Part shown: positions 1 to 9,860 of the stretch, one piece after another
Numbering within the stretch: the stretch's first letter is position 1
Layout of the letters: each line of letters begins with the position of its first letter
Assembly: GCA_963805625.1 (NCBI GenBank)
Contig: CAWDVE010000010.1
Span: 1,568,001 to 1,632,000 of the forward strand
Source: an uncultured Candidatus Rokubacteria bacterium
GTDB taxonomy: Bacteria; Methylomirabilota; Methylomirabilia; Rokubacteriales; DASRDR01
Direction: 5' to 3'
Length of the DNA: 64,000 nt
The notes under the pieces: model-generated
The model's database searches: none
What the model was told of the DNA's origin: nothing
What the model saw: only the letters and a program-made list of their open reading frames with translations
Translations under genes and position numbers: made by a program

Positions 1-1
1 C

Positions 2-847
2 GAGTCGATCCGCATCCGCACCGCCGCGCTCGGCCCCTTCGAGGACGTGGCGGCGGTGGCCGACCACCGGCTGCCCGTGGCGGGCGGCGAGATCACCGTG
101 CGTGCGTACTCACCCGGAGGCCCGGGCCCGCACGCAGCCCTCGTCTACTACCACGGCGGAGGCTGGGTGATCGGCGACCTCTACACGCACGACGGCCTCT
201 GCCGGTCGCTCACCAACGCGGCGCGCTGTGCGGTGGTCAGCGTGGATTACCGCCTCGCGCCGGAGTCCAAGTACCCCGTTCCGGCCGAGGACTCTTACGC
301 CGCGCTTCGCTGGGTGGTGGCGAACGCCGCCAGGCTCGGGATCGACCCGCGCCGCGTCGCCGTCGGGGGAGACAGCGCAGGGGGCAACCTCGCCACGGTC
401 GCCGCCCTGATGGCGCGCGAGCGCGGCGGCCCTCCCCTGGTCCACCAGGTGCTGATCTATCCCGTCACCGACCACAACCTGCACACGCCGTCCTACCTGG
501 AAAACGCGACCGGCTACGTGCTCACGCGCGAGGGGATGCGGTGGTTCTGGAACCACTACCTCGCCCGCGAGGCCCAGGGCGGTGAGGCCTACGCCTCGCC
601 GCTCAGGGCCCCAAGTCTGGCCGGGCTCCCACCCGCGCTCGTGATCACCGCAGAGTGCGATCCGCTCCGCGACGAGGGCGAAGCCTACGCCGCGCGTCTC
701 CGCAACGCCGGCGTCCCGGTCACGGTCACGCGCTATGCCGGGATGTTCCACGGGTTCGTCCGCATGACGCGCATCCTCGACAAGGCGCGGACGGCGCTCG
801 ACGAGATCGCAGGCTCCCTGCAGAAGGCCTTCGGCGCCGCCCCGTGA
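2..847 (+). CDS. alpha/beta hydrolase (HSL-family esterase/lipase), 5'-partial
   Basis: HGGG oxyanion motif, GDSAGG nucleophile elbow, DPLRD and HGF motifs; frame is open back to the window edge. Confidence 0.92.
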   Translation, partial: ESIRIRTAALGPFEDVAAVADHRLPVAGGEITVRAYSPGGPGPHAALVYYHGGGWVIGDLYTHDGLCRSLTNAARCAVVSVDYRLAPESKYPVPAEDSYAALRWVVANAARLGIDPRRVAVGGDSAGGNLATVAALMARERGGPPLVHQVLIYPVTDHNLHTPSYLENATGYVLTREGMRWFWNHYLAREAQGGEAYASPLRAPSLAGLPPALVITAECDPLRDEGEAYAARLRNAGVPVTVTRYAGMFHGFVRMTRILDKARTALDEIAGSLQKAFGAAP

Positions 848-928
848 GCAGCGCAAGGGATCGGCGGCCGGCCGCCCGCCAGATGGCCCCTCCGCCGGTC
901 GCGCCGTAACGGCGCGGCGGCCCTAGCC

Positions 929-1882
929 ATGCATCCGCTGCTCAAGCTCATCGTGGTACGCGTGCTTGCACTGGTCCCCATGCTGCTCGCCCTCAGCATG
1001 GCGTCCTTCGCGCTGGTGCACGTCATCCCCGGCGATCCGGCCCTCGTCATGATGGGCGGCGAGGGCACCACGCAGGCGGTCGAGGAACTCCGGCGCCAGC
1101 TCGGCCTGGATCGGCCGCTCCACGTCCGCTATCTGGAGTGGCTGGGCCAGATCGCTCGAGGCAACCTGGGAGAGTCCCTCTACAACAAGACCCGTGTCTC
1201 GGAGGAGCTCCTCTGGCGAATGCCGACGACGCTCAGCCTGGTGACGCTCGCCCTGCTCTTCTCGATCGGCATCGGCGTGCCTGCCGGGCTCCTCTCCGCC
1301 GCCTTCCGGAACTCCTGGATCGATCACGCCGCGCGTCTGCTGACCCTCGTGAGCCTGTCGCTCCCGAGCTTCTGGCTCGGGCTCATGCTGATCATCCTCT
1401 TCTCGCTATGGCTGGATCTTCTGCCCATCGTCGGCTACGAGCCCATCACGCGGGGGGTCTGGAAGGCGATCCCCTTCCTGATCCTCCCGAGTCTCTCGCT
1501 CGGCACCTACCTGGCGGCGCTCCTCACGCGCCTCACCCGGTCGAGCATGCTCGAGGTCCTGAACCAGGACTACGTGCGAACGGCGCGCGCGAAGGGTCTG
1601 CGCGATCGCGTCGTCCTCATGCGCCACGCGCTTCGCAACGCCCTCATCCCCATCGTCACCGTGATCGGCATCAACGTGGGCATCCTGCTCGGTGGCAGCG
1701 CCGTCATCGAGACGGTGTTCGTGCTACCGGGGGTGGGCCAGCTCGTCGTGCGCTCCCTCTACAACCGCGACCTTCCGGTCATCCAGGGACTCATCCTGTA
1801 CGTCGCAGTCATCTACGTCCTCGTGAACCTGCTGGTCGACGTCATCTACACGTACCTCGATCCCCGGCTCCGTCCGAGCTGA
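929..1882 (+). CDS. peptide/nickel ABC transporter permease (DppB/OppB family)
   Basis: PGDPA N-terminus, TARAKGL EAA-loop, NRDLPVIQG, ends LDPR. Confidence 0.93.
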   Translation: MHPLLKLIVVRVLALVPMLLALSMASFALVHVIPGDPALVMMGGEGTTQAVEELRRQLGLDRPLHVRYLEWLGQIARGNLGESLYNKTRVSEELLWRMPTTLSLVTLALLFSIGIGVPAGLLSAAFRNSWIDHAARLLTLVSLSLPSFWLGLMLIILFSLWLDLLPIVGYEPITRGVWKAIPFLILPSLSLGTYLAALLTRLTRSSMLEVLNQDYVRTARAKGLRDRVVLMRHALRNALIPIVTVIGINVGILLGGSAVIETVFVLPGVGQLVVRSLYNRDLPVIQGLILYVAVIYVLVNLLVDVIYTYLDPRLRPS

Positions 1883-1885
1883 CCG

Positions 1886-2848
1886 ATGTCGACGCTGGGC
1901 GAACGAGCGGGACGGACGGCCCCCGGCGGGGCAGGAGTCTCGGGTGTCATCGGCGGGCCGGATCCTGACGGCCGGCGCCCGACGCCCACCACGGCCTTGC
2001 CGCCGCGACGGTCGGGCGGGGCTCGCCTTCGCAGCTGGGCGCGCAAGAACCCGCTCTCTGTGGCGGGCGCCGCCATCATGCTCGCGCTGGTAGCCATGGC
2101 GCTCCTCGCGCCCTATCTCCCCCTCTCGAACCCGATCCGCATGAACGTGCCGAAGCGCTTCTCCCCGCCCGGCGCGGACTTCTGGTTCGGGACGGACCAT
2201 CTCGGGCGGGACGTGTTCAGCCGGGTCGTGCACGGGGCGGCGTTCAGTCTCACGATCGGCGGCCTGACCATCCTGCTGGCCGGGGTGCCGGGGATCTTCG
2301 TCGGCATCCTCGCCGCGGCGGCGCCGCCCCGCCTCGCCGGACTCCTGATGCGCGTCCTCGACGTGCTGATGTCCTTCCCGGCCCTTCTCCTCGCGGTCGC
2401 GGTTGGCGCCGCGCTGGGCACGGGGGGGCGGAGCATCGTCATCGCGCTCGCGGTGGTCTACTTCCCGCGGATCGCGCGCATGACCCGTGGCATCGCCCTG
2501 TCCGTGATGACGCAGGAGTACGTCATCGCCTCCCGCGCCCTCGGCACCCCGATCCAGCGTCTCCTCCTCCGGACGGTGGTGCCGAACTGCCTCTCGGTCG
2601 TGGTCGTGCAGTGCAGCCTCTACTTCGCGGAGGTGCTGCTGGCCGAGGCGGCGCTCTCCTTCCTGGGGCTGGGCGAAGCGCCGCCCCGGCCGACGTGGGG
2701 CAACATGCTGTACGAAGCGCAGAAGAACATGCGGAACGCGCCCTGGCTGGCGATCTTCCCGGGCGCCGCGATCGCGGTGTCGGTGTTCGGGCTGAACCTC
2801 TTCGGTGATGCGGTTCGGGACGCGATGGACCCGCGCCTCAGGACCTGA
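1886..2848 (+). CDS. peptide/nickel ABC transporter permease (DppC/OppC family)
   Basis: FGTDHLGRD, EAALSFLGLG, PTWG, GDAVRDAMDPR. Confidence 0.93.
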   Translation: MSTLGERAGRTAPGGAGVSGVIGGPDPDGRRPTPTTALPPRRSGGARLRSWARKNPLSVAGAAIMLALVAMALLAPYLPLSNPIRMNVPKRFSPPGADFWFGTDHLGRDVFSRVVHGAAFSLTIGGLTILLAGVPGIFVGILAAAAPPRLAGLLMRVLDVLMSFPALLLAVAVGAALGTGGRSIVIALAVVYFPRIARMTRGIALSVMTQEYVIASRALGTPIQRLLLRTVVPNCLSVVVVQCSLYFAEVLLAEAALSFLGLGEAPPRPTWGNMLYEAQKNMRNAPWLAIFPGAAIAVSVFGLNLFGDAVRDAMDPRLRT

Positions 2849-2871
2849 TCGCGCGAGCGAGCGGCGCGCGA

Positions 2872-2906
2872 ACGCCGGTGCGGCTCCAGGCGAGCCGCAC
2901 CGGCGT
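2872..2906. terminator. perfect 15-bp hairpin between convergent genes, probable terminator
   Basis: ACGCCGGTGCGGCTC-CAGGC-GAGCCGCACCGGCGT; no clear U-tract. Confidence 0.55.
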
Positions 2907-2975
2907 CGGGGTGCTCCTCATAGAAGTCGGAGGCTCGGGCTGGCCGAGCCCGGCGACAGCAGGTAGGCGGGGCCG

Positions 2976-3239
2976 CTAGGGCCGGATCGTCCGCTCGGCC
3001 GAGCGCAGGGTGTCGCTCACCTGCGCCTTGCCGTGATCGAGCATCTCCTCGGCCCGCCGAATGGGCGCGGAAGCGCGGTCGAACGCGCGCTCGGCCGTCT
3101 CCTCGACCGCGTGGAGTCGATCGGCGGCGCCCACGCGCGCCAGTCGGGTCTGCTCATCGAGGTAGGCCTGGATGTCGTCCCGGAAGAACCACACGATCAA
3201 ACCGCCCGTCAACACACCCGCGAGAAAGCCTCTCACCAT
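2976..3239 (-). CDS. small membrane-anchored helical protein (YtxH-like)
   Basis: N-terminal GFLAGVLTGG hydrophobic helix, then a charged coiled region; AGGAGGGG RBS. Confidence 0.7.
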   Translation of the reverse strand: MVRGFLAGVLTGGLIVWFFRDDIQAYLDEQTRLARVGAADRLHAVEETAERAFDRASAPIRRAEEMLDHGKAQVSDTLRSAERTIRP

Positions 3240-3336
3240 CGTTCCCCTCCTGGGCGTTCGGGGCCACTGGCCCGGCGCCGATCACGGTAGCACAAGCGCG
3301 CCCGCGAGGGGAGACAGGGCGCGGCGGGCGAGGCGG

Positions 3337-3990
3337 TCAGCCGGGCTGCGCGGAGCGCGGAGCGAGCCCGCCCTCGGGAGCGGCGCGCCGGGCTCTTGCT
3401 CGGGCGCGGCGCACCGCGTCGACGATCCGGATGGCGAAGAGGAGCGTCAGCCACAGGGCGTAGTAGTACGGCCCCTGCACGCCGACCTTCGCGAGCCAGA
3501 AGTAGTGGAGCACTCCCAGGATCGCGATCAGGTAGACGAGCCGGTGGAGCCGACGCCAGGTGACCGCGCCGAGCCGCCGGATCATCCGGGCGGTCGAGGT
3601 CGCCGCCAGGGGCAGGAGGAGGAGGAGCGCCGTGAAACCGACCGTGACGTACGGGCGCTTCATCACGTCCGTCGCCATCTCGGGCCAGTCGAAGAAGTGG
3701 TCGACGACGAGCCAGACGCTGAAGTGGAGCAGCGCGTGGGCAAAGGCGAAGAGTCCGAGCAGACGCCGCAACGTCACGGGCCACGACAGGCCAAACAGGA
3801 TGCGGAGCGGCGTCATGGTGAGGGAGAGGAGCAGGATCCGCAGGGTCCAATCGCCAAGCGTGTCCGTCGCCACGTCGATGGGATTCGTGACGAGGGGATC
3901 CGTGAAGAGCCGCCACAGGAGGCTCGCCAGCGGGGTGAGACACCCCACCCACACGACGGCCTTCAGCCCGATCCGTTGCCGGCGGGTCAC
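3337..3990 (-). CDS. msrQ: protein-methionine-sulfoxide reductase heme-binding subunit MsrQ
   Basis: RRLLGL, KRPYVTVG, LAATS, WRRLHRLVY motifs; near msrP. Confidence 0.93.
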   Translation of the reverse strand: MTRRQRIGLKAVVWVGCLTPLASLLWRLFTDPLVTNPIDVATDTLGDWTLRILLLSLTMTPLRILFGLSWPVTLRRLLGLFAFAHALLHFSVWLVVDHFFDWPEMATDVMKRPYVTVGFTALLLLLPLAATSTARMIRRLGAVTWRRLHRLVYLIAILGVLHYFWLAKVGVQGPYYYALWLTLLFAIRIVDAVRRARARARRAAPEGGLAPRSAQPG

Positions 3991-4015
3991 CGCGCGCGAG
4001 GTCCCCCCGACGCGG

Positions 4016-4606
4016 CTACGCCCGCCCCTGGTCGGGGCGATCGCCGCGCTCCGGATCCGGTGGCGAGCGCCGCCAGAGGCCCTGCGACGGCACGCGGAGC
4101 GCCCGGTTGAACTTGCTGGACGCGTTCTCCCACGCGATGACCGCCGTCAGCTCCACGAGGGCGTCGTCGTCGTAGAAGCGACGGAGGCGGTCGAAGAGCT
4201 CGTCCCCGACCTCGCGATCGCTGAGCGTCATGGCGTCGGCGTACTCGAGGGCTACGCGCTCCGCGGCGCCGTAGAGCGGGCTGGTCGCATAATCCGGCAA
4301 CGCCAGGATCTTCTCCTCCGGCACCCCGAGCGCGCTGCCCACGGCAGCATTGATGTCCTGTCAGAACTCGCAGCGGTTCAGGAATGCCACGCGCCGGTTG
4401 ATGAGAGCCTTGAGCTTCTCGTCGATCAGCCCCGAGGCGTCGATGCCCGTCCACATCCCGCGTGCGCCGCGAAAGATCGACGGCCGGCGCGCGTACACGA
4501 GGTGGTTCAGGAGAGGGGCGCCCCAGTGCCTCGCCTGAGCGGCCAGCACCTTCTCGGCGTAGTCGTCCCCCGCCTCGCCCGGCCGAACGCCTTCGATGCG
4601 GGCCAC
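4016..4606 (-). CDS. AhpD-like/carboxymuconolactone decarboxylase family selenoprotein (CxxU), about 196 aa with TGA read-through at 4363-4361
   Basis: ...RVAFLNRCEF-TGA-QDINAAVG... continues in frame into a typical AhpD-like C-terminus (ERVALEYADAMT, LVELTAVIAWEN..SKFN); GTG start at 4606; hairpin 11 nt after the TGA. Confidence 0.88.
4333..4363 (-). other. Sec codon plus candidate SECIS
   Basis: TGA caggacatcaa TGCTGCC-GTG-GGCAGCG. Confidence 0.72.
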
Positions 4607-4626
4607 CGCCCTGCCCTTCCCGGCGC

Positions 4627-5601
4627 CTAGTACTGCTTCTTGAGATCCATCCCGGTGTAGAGCGACGCGACCTGGTCGTAGCCGTTGAACATCAGTGTCT
4701 TCCGCCGCCGGAACTCGCCGATCCGCCGCTCGGTCGCCTGGCTCCAGCGGGGATGGTCGACGTTCGGGTTGACGTTCGAGTAGAACCCGTACTCGTTCGA
4801 CGCCGCCTTGTTCCAGCTGGTCTTCGGCTCGTCGGCGACGAGCCGGATTCGCACGAGAGACTTGGCGCTCTTGAACCCGTACTTCCAGGGCACCACGACG
4901 CGGACGGGGGCGCCGTTCTGGTTGGGAAGCACGTGCCCGTACATCCCGACCGTCAGGAGCGTCAACGGGTGCGTGGCCTCGTCGAGCCGGAGCCCCTCTA
5001 CATACGGCCAGTCGAGCGAGGAGCCGAAGAAGCTCGGCTTCGTGCCCGGCATCTGCTCGGGATCGACCAGGGTCTGGAACTCCACGTACTTGGCGGCGCC
5101 GGTGGGCTCGACCCGCTTGAGAAGCGCCGAGAGGGGGTACCCAATCCACGGGATGACCATCGACCAGCCCTCGACGCAGCGAAGGGCGTAGACGCGCTCC
5201 TCCAGAGGGGCCAGCCGCAGGATCTCGTCGATGTCGAAGGTCTTCGGCTTCTGGCAGAGACCGCCCACCTCCACCGTCCAGGGCCGGGGGCGGAGCGTGT
5301 GGGCGTTCAGGGCCGGATCGGATTTGTCGGTCCCGAACTCGTAGAAGTTGTTGTACGTCGTGGCGTTGTCCCAGGGCGTGGGCGGGTCGGTCACGCTCAC
5401 CGCCTGGTTTCGCGCCGCGGCCAGGGATTGGCCCTTCACCGCCGGCTTGAGGGCAGCTTCCGCCGGCGCGTCCGAGCCCCCCACCGTGGCGGCGGCAGCA
5501 GCGGCCGCACCGACCATGAAGGATCGCCGGTTCAGGTACACCCCCCGCGGCGTGATCTCCGACGGGGGCGGATCGTGCGGCCCCGGAATGCGGATCAGCA
5601 T
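4627..5601 (-). CDS. msrP: protein-methionine-sulfoxide reductase catalytic subunit MsrP
   Basis: SEITP, Tat [45 protein letters not shown]; GGAGGAG RBS. Confidence 0.97.
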   Translation of the reverse strand: MLIRIPGPHDPPPSEITPRGVYLNRRSFMVGAAAAAAATVGGSDAPAEAALKPAVKGQSLAAARNQAVSVTDPPTPWDNATTYNNFYEFGTDKSDPALNAHTLRPRPWTVEVGGLCQKPKTFDIDEILRLAPLEERVYALRCVEGWSMVIPWIGYPLSALLKRVEPTGAAKYVEFQTLVDPEQMPGTKPSFFGSSLDWPYVEGLRLDEATHPLTLLTVGMYGHVLPNQNGAPVRVVVPWKYGFKSAKSLVRIRLVADEPKTSWNKAASNEYGFYSNVNPNVDHPRWSQATERRIGEFRRRKTLMFNGYDQVASLYTGMDLKKQY

Positions 5602-5609
5602 GGCTCCTC

Positions 5610-6797
5610 CTAGACTACGCCTCCCGCCCGCAGGCGGTCGTACTCGGCCCGCTCGAGTCCGAGCCGGCCGAGATAGATCTCTTCGTTGTCCGCCCCCACC
5701 TCGCGCACGCCGGCGTGCCGGATCGTCCCCGGCGTGCCTGTGAGGCGCGGCACGACCCCGGGCATGTGGACCGTCCCCAGACCCGGCTCCGGCACCGCCA
5801 CGATGTTCTCGCGGGCCTTCAGCTGCGGGTCCGCGAACAGGTCCCGCACCGAGTTCACCAGCGCGCACGGCACCTCGGCGGCATCGAGCGTGGACAGCGC
5901 ATCGGCGGCATCCCGCGCACCCACCCACGCCTGGACGAGCCCGTCCAGCTCGGCGCGCCCCGCGAGCCGGTCCCGCACCCCCGGAAACCGCGCGACCAGG
6001 TCCGGTGTTCCCATGGCCCGGGCCAGCCGGGCGAACATGCGGTCGTTGGTGCAGGCGACCGCCACCCAGCGGCCGTCCCGGCTCTCGTAGTGGTTGTGGG
6101 GCGCCGCGCTCTCGGCGGCCGAGCCGATGCGCTCCCGGACGTACCCGAGCGCCCCGAACACGGGGATCGCGTCGTCCAGTATCCGCACGATGGGCTCGTA
6201 GAGACCCAGGTCCACCACCTGCCCCTCGCCCGTCCGCTCGCGCGCTCTCAGCGCGATCATCGCCCCGAGCGCTCCCATGACCCCCGCCAGGTAGTCCGGC
6301 ACCGTCGGCGTCCCGGGGGTCACCGGAGGCCGGTCCGGGTAACCCGACAGATATGAGATGCCCCCGACCGCCGCCGCGATGCGTCCGAACCCCGGCCGCT
6401 CGCGGTACGGCCCCGTCTGGCCGAACGCCGAGATCCGGACCATCACGAGCCCAGGATTCTCGGCCCGCAGAGCCTCGTACCCGAGCCCCCAGCGCTCGAG
6501 GGTCCCCGGCCGGAAGTTCTCCGCGACCACGTCGACCCCCCGGCACAGCCGGCGGACCAGCGTCTGCCCGTCAGGATCCCGGAGGTTGCAGGTGATCGAC
6601 TTCTTGTTACGGGCATCGGAGAGCCACCAGAGCGACACGCCGTCGGCCTGGCGCCCGAGGCGCCGGAGGTCGTCCCCCACGCCGGGCTGCTCGACCTTGA
6701 TGACCTCGGCCCCGAACTCGCCGAGAAGCGTGGCGCACATCGGCGCCGCAATGAACGTGGCGAGGTCCAGGACGACGAGGCCGTCGAGCGCGCCCAC
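5610..6797 (-). CDS. CaiB/BaiF family (class III) CoA-transferase
   Basis: [35 protein letters not shown]. Confidence 0.93.
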   Translation of the reverse strand: MGALDGLVVLDLATFIAAPMCATLLGEFGAEVIKVEQPGVGDDLRRLGRQADGVSLWWLSDARNKKSITCNLRDPDGQTLVRRLCRGVDVVAENFRPGTLERWGLGYEALRAENPGLVMVRISAFGQTGPYRERPGFGRIAAAVGGISYLSGYPDRPPVTPGTPTVPDYLAGVMGALGAMIALRARERTGEGQVVDLGLYEPIVRILDDAIPVFGALGYVRERIGSAAESAAPHNHYESRDGRWVAVACTNDRMFARLARAMGTPDLVARFPGVRDRLAGRAELDGLVQAWVGARDAADALSTLDAAEVPCALVNSVRDLFADPQLKARENIVAVPEPGLGTVHMPGVVPRLTGTPGTIRHAGVREVGADNEEIYLGRLGLERAEYDRLRAGGVV

Positions 6798-6839
6798 GCC
6801 CCTACCCGGAGAGCGCTGCGAGCGTGCATGGACCTAGAG

Positions 6840-6966
6840 AGCGGGGCCCGCTTCCGAGGGCGAGCATCCGGTGGGCTAGAGACACGCCGGTTAGCTTTGC
6901 GTTGGGGGTGAGTCCAGCGAATCGGGCCTGGGGCCGCAGATGCGAGCCCCGGAAGCGAGCCCTGCT
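6840..6966. ncRNA. long intergenic rod-like hairpin, candidate structured RNA
   Basis: AGCGGGGCCCGCTTCCG pairs with CGGAAGCGAGCCCTGCT; inner helices GGGC/GCCC, GCATC/GATGC, CCGGTT/AATCGG, CGTTGG/CCAGCG. Confidence 0.4.
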
Positions 6967-6983
6967 ATTCTGCGGGCGGCGTG

Positions 6984-8891
6984 TCAACGGAGGGCCTCGA
7001 GCACCTCGGCGACGACCTCGAAGCGGCCGAAGGATGGCATGAGATAGGCACCGGCGTACCGCCCGCGCACCGCTCCAAGGATGGCCTGGGCCGTCTCGAC
7101 CCCGACCCGGAGCGCATGGTCACCTGCATCGCGAAGCCGTGCCCGGACGGCGTCCGGCACCGTGATCCCCGGTACCTCGTTGTGCAGGAACTCGGCGTGG
7201 CGGAACGAGTGGAGCGGCAGGATGCCGACGACCAAGGGCACCGGGACGCGGCCTAGCCGCGCGAGGAACGCCTCGAGCTGCTCGAGGTCGTAGACCGGCT
7301 GCGTCTGGGCCCACATGGCGCCGGCGGCCACCTTGGCGTGGAGCCTGTCGATCTCCCGGGCCGGGTCGGCCGCGCCGGGGTCCACCGCGACCCCGATACC
7401 GAAGGCGGTGGGCTCGCCGATCGAGTTGCCCGCCGCGTCCACGCCTCGGTTCATGCCCGCGACGATCCGCACGAGGCCGATCGCGTCGACGTCGAAGACG
7501 GCCGTGGCGTTGACATAGTCGCCGGCGCGCGGAGGATCCCCGGTCATCGCGAGGATGTTCCGGACCCCGAGCGCGTGGGCGCCGAGGAGGTCACCCTGGA
7601 TGCCCATGAGGTTCCGATCGCGGCAAGTGAAGTGCATGCTGATGTCCAGGCCCGTCGCCTCGCGAACGAGGAGCGCGGTGGGCAAGACCGCCATCCGGAC
7701 GCGCCCGAGCGAGCCGTCGTTGATGTCGACGACATCGACACCCCGCTCGGCGAGGAGCTTCGCTCCCTGAACAAGCTTCTCGATGTTGTGGCCCCGCGGA
7801 GGATCGAGCTCCACCGTGACCAGGAACTCGCGGGCGTGGAGCCGCGAGAGGAGCCGCGAGGGCTCCGCGGCCACGCCGAGCGCCGGGGCATCATCCCGCT
7901 CCAGGGCGACGGGCGCGGACACCGACACGGCGCCCCGCGATGCGCCCGTTCCGCGCGCGTGGCGGTCCACGACCTCGCGCATCGCGCGGATGTGGGCCGG
8001 GGTGGTGCCGCAGCAGCCGCCGACGATCCGCGCCCCGGCGTCGAGCATGCGGGAGGCGTAGTCGGCCATGTACGCCGGCGACGAGAGGTAGATGAGCCGC
8101 TCGCCGTGCCGGCTCGGGAGTCCGGCGTTCGGCCTGATCGACACCCAGGCCTCGGGCGCCGCCTCGTGAAGGAGGACCCCCACGTCGTAGAGGACGCTCG
8201 AGCCCACGCCACAGTTGGCCCCGATGACCTGGACCGGCAGCGAGGCCAGTTCGCGAGCCACCTCGGCCGGGGCCTGGCCCCGAAACGTGACACGCTCGTC
8301 GTTGAACGCCATCTGGGCCACCAGAGGGAGATCGGCCGAGACGGCGCGGATGGCCGCCACGGCGAGCCGGAGCTCGCGAACGTCCGAGAAGGTCTCGGCG
8401 ACGAATCCATCCACCCCGCCCTCGAGCAACGCCTCCGCCTGCTCGCGGAAGGCGGCGACCGCCTCCGCCTCACCGAGCGTTCCCAGCGGAAGCAGGTACT
8501 TGCCGAGCGGCCCGATGGAGCCGAGGACGAGCACATCCCGGCCCATCGTCTCGCGGACGTCGCGCGCGAGCCTCGCGCCCGCCCGGTTGATGTCTCGGAC
8601 CCGCCCCTCGAGCCCGTGCATGGCGAGCTTGAAGCGGTTGGCGCCGAACGTGTTTGTCTCGAGCACGTCGGCGCCCGCGGCCACGTACTCCCGGTGGATC
8701 GACTGGACGGTCTTCGGGTCGTGGAGGTTCAGGACGTCGAAGCACGCATCGAGCGGGACGCCGCGGGCGTACAGCATCGTGCCCATGGCGCCGTCGGCGA
8801 GGAGCGGCCCTTCCTGGAGCCGCCGGCCGAGCGCCCCGGAACCCGTCTCGCTAGACATGGCCCCTCGGCTCGGGGCTCGCGGGCTAGACAT
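6984..8891 (-). CDS. bifunctional homocysteine S-methyltransferase / methylenetetrahydrofolate reductase (YitJ-like)
   Basis: DGAMGT, ETNTFGAN, Zn ligands GANC and GGCCG; C-terminal VELDPP, HFTCRDRN, TGDPP, TQP; alternative start at 8858. Confidence 0.94.
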   Translation of the reverse strand: MSSPRAPSRGAMSSETGSGALGRRLQEGPLLADGAMGTMLYARGVPLDACFDVLNLHDPKTVQSIHREYVAAGADVLETNTFGANRFKLAMHGLEGRVRDINRAGARLARDVRETMGRDVLVLGSIGPLGKYLLPLGTLGEAEAVAAFREQAEALLEGGVDGFVAETFSDVRELRLAVAAIRAVSADLPLVAQMAFNDERVTFRGQAPAEVARELASLPVQVIGANCGVGSSVLYDVGVLLHEAAPEAWVSIRPNAGLPSRHGERLIYLSSPAYMADYASRMLDAGARIVGGCCGTTPAHIRAMREVVDRHARGTGASRGAVSVSAPVALERDDAPALGVAAEPSRLLSRLHAREFLVTVELDPPRGHNIEKLVQGAKLLAERGVDVVDINDGSLGRVRMAVLPTALLVREATGLDISMHFTCRDRNLMGIQGDLLGAHALGVRNILAMTGDPPRAGDYVNATAVFDVDAIGLVRIVAGMNRGVDAAGNSIGEPTAFGIGVAVDPGAADPAREIDRLHAKVAAGAMWAQTQPVYDLEQLEAFLARLGRVPVPLVVGILPLHSFRHAEFLHNEVPGITVPDAVRARLRDAGDHALRVGVETAQAILGAVRGRYAGAYLMPSFGRFEVVAEVLEALR

Positions 8892-9534
8892 CCCCCTCCC
8901 GGCGCTCGCCGACGCCGGCGGGCAAGACCTGGGGTGCGCCGCCCGCCGCCGGAGCTTCCGCCGGGCGGGCGTTCCGCTCCCGCTCGCGGAGGTGGCGCAC
9001 GATCCGGCCGACCACCGCGTCGACGGTCATGCGGGTGGTGTCGAGCGCCAGGTGGGCACGACGGTAGAACTCCTGTCGGGTCCGGTAGAGCGCTGTCGCG
9101 TCCTCGACCGAGCGGCCCGCGAGCATCGGCCGTCCGCCGACCCGGTTGGCCCGGGCGTAGGCCGCATCGAAGTCGGCAGCGAGCCACACGACAGTACCCA
9201 GCTGCAGCAGCCGGTCCATGACTCCCGGCTCGCAGGGAAATCCGCCTCCCGTCGCGACCACGTGGCCGCGCTTGTCGGTCAGCGCTTCCAGGACCTCCGC
9301 CTCGAGCTGCCGGAAGTAGAGCTCGCCACGGTCCGCGAAGATCTCGGGAATGGAGCGGCCCTCGCGGGCGGTGATCATCGCATCGGTCTCCACGAAGCAA
9401 CGGCCGAGGCGCCGGGCGAGCATGCGGCCGACGGTGGACTTCCCGGCTCCCATAAAGCCCACGAGGATGACGTTTCGCGGCATCGCCGGCATGGCTGGTA
9501 CGGCCGTGGTCGGCGTGTCTCCCATGGCTGCCAT
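8884..9534 (-). CDS. aroK: shikimate kinase
   Basis: LVGFMGAGKSTVG P-loop, GELYFRQLE, ATGGG, RPML. Confidence 0.93.
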   Translation of the reverse strand: MAAMGDTPTTAVPAMPAMPRNVILVGFMGAGKSTVGRMLARRLGRCFVETDAMITAREGRSIPEIFADRGELYFRQLEAEVLEALTDKRGHVVATGGGFPCEPGVMDRLLQLGTVVWLAADFDAAYARANRVGGRPMLAGRSVEDATALYRTRQEFYRRAHLALDTTRMTVDAVVGRIVRHLRERERNARPAEAPAAGGAPQVLPAGVGERREGDV

Positions 9535-9860
9535 GGCAGGATGATAGCACCGCGTTGCAGGGTCAGACTTTGACTTCCCGACACTTGCGCGCCGAGAGGA
9601 CCCCCGAAACCGCAGTGGAAGCAGAGTCCGACCCAACGCGTGCTAAGATCGCGCCACGAAAGAGAAGGGTCCGCTCACCGTCAAACCCAAGACGCGTGCG
9701 AGAAGACCGCTCCGACGCCTCGTGCGACCGGCCCTGGTCTGCCTTGTAGGTGCGAAGGACGGGGTCGGCGCGAATCTCCTCGACGTTGCCCCGGAAGAAG
9801 TCTCGCAGGAGGGACATCACGGGCGACTCACCGGGGCCGGAGCATCGCTCCGGCGCGACA

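Noticed and set aside
905-930. CGTAAC upstream of the first permease as a third ECF promoter
   Set aside because: No CGTA at the 16-nt spacing (CCAT instead)
8850-8900. Short direct repeat GAGGGG(cc/g)ATGTCTAGC at the aroK / YitJ-like junction
   Set aside because: Only two short copies giving alternative starts; no sign of an array or mobile element
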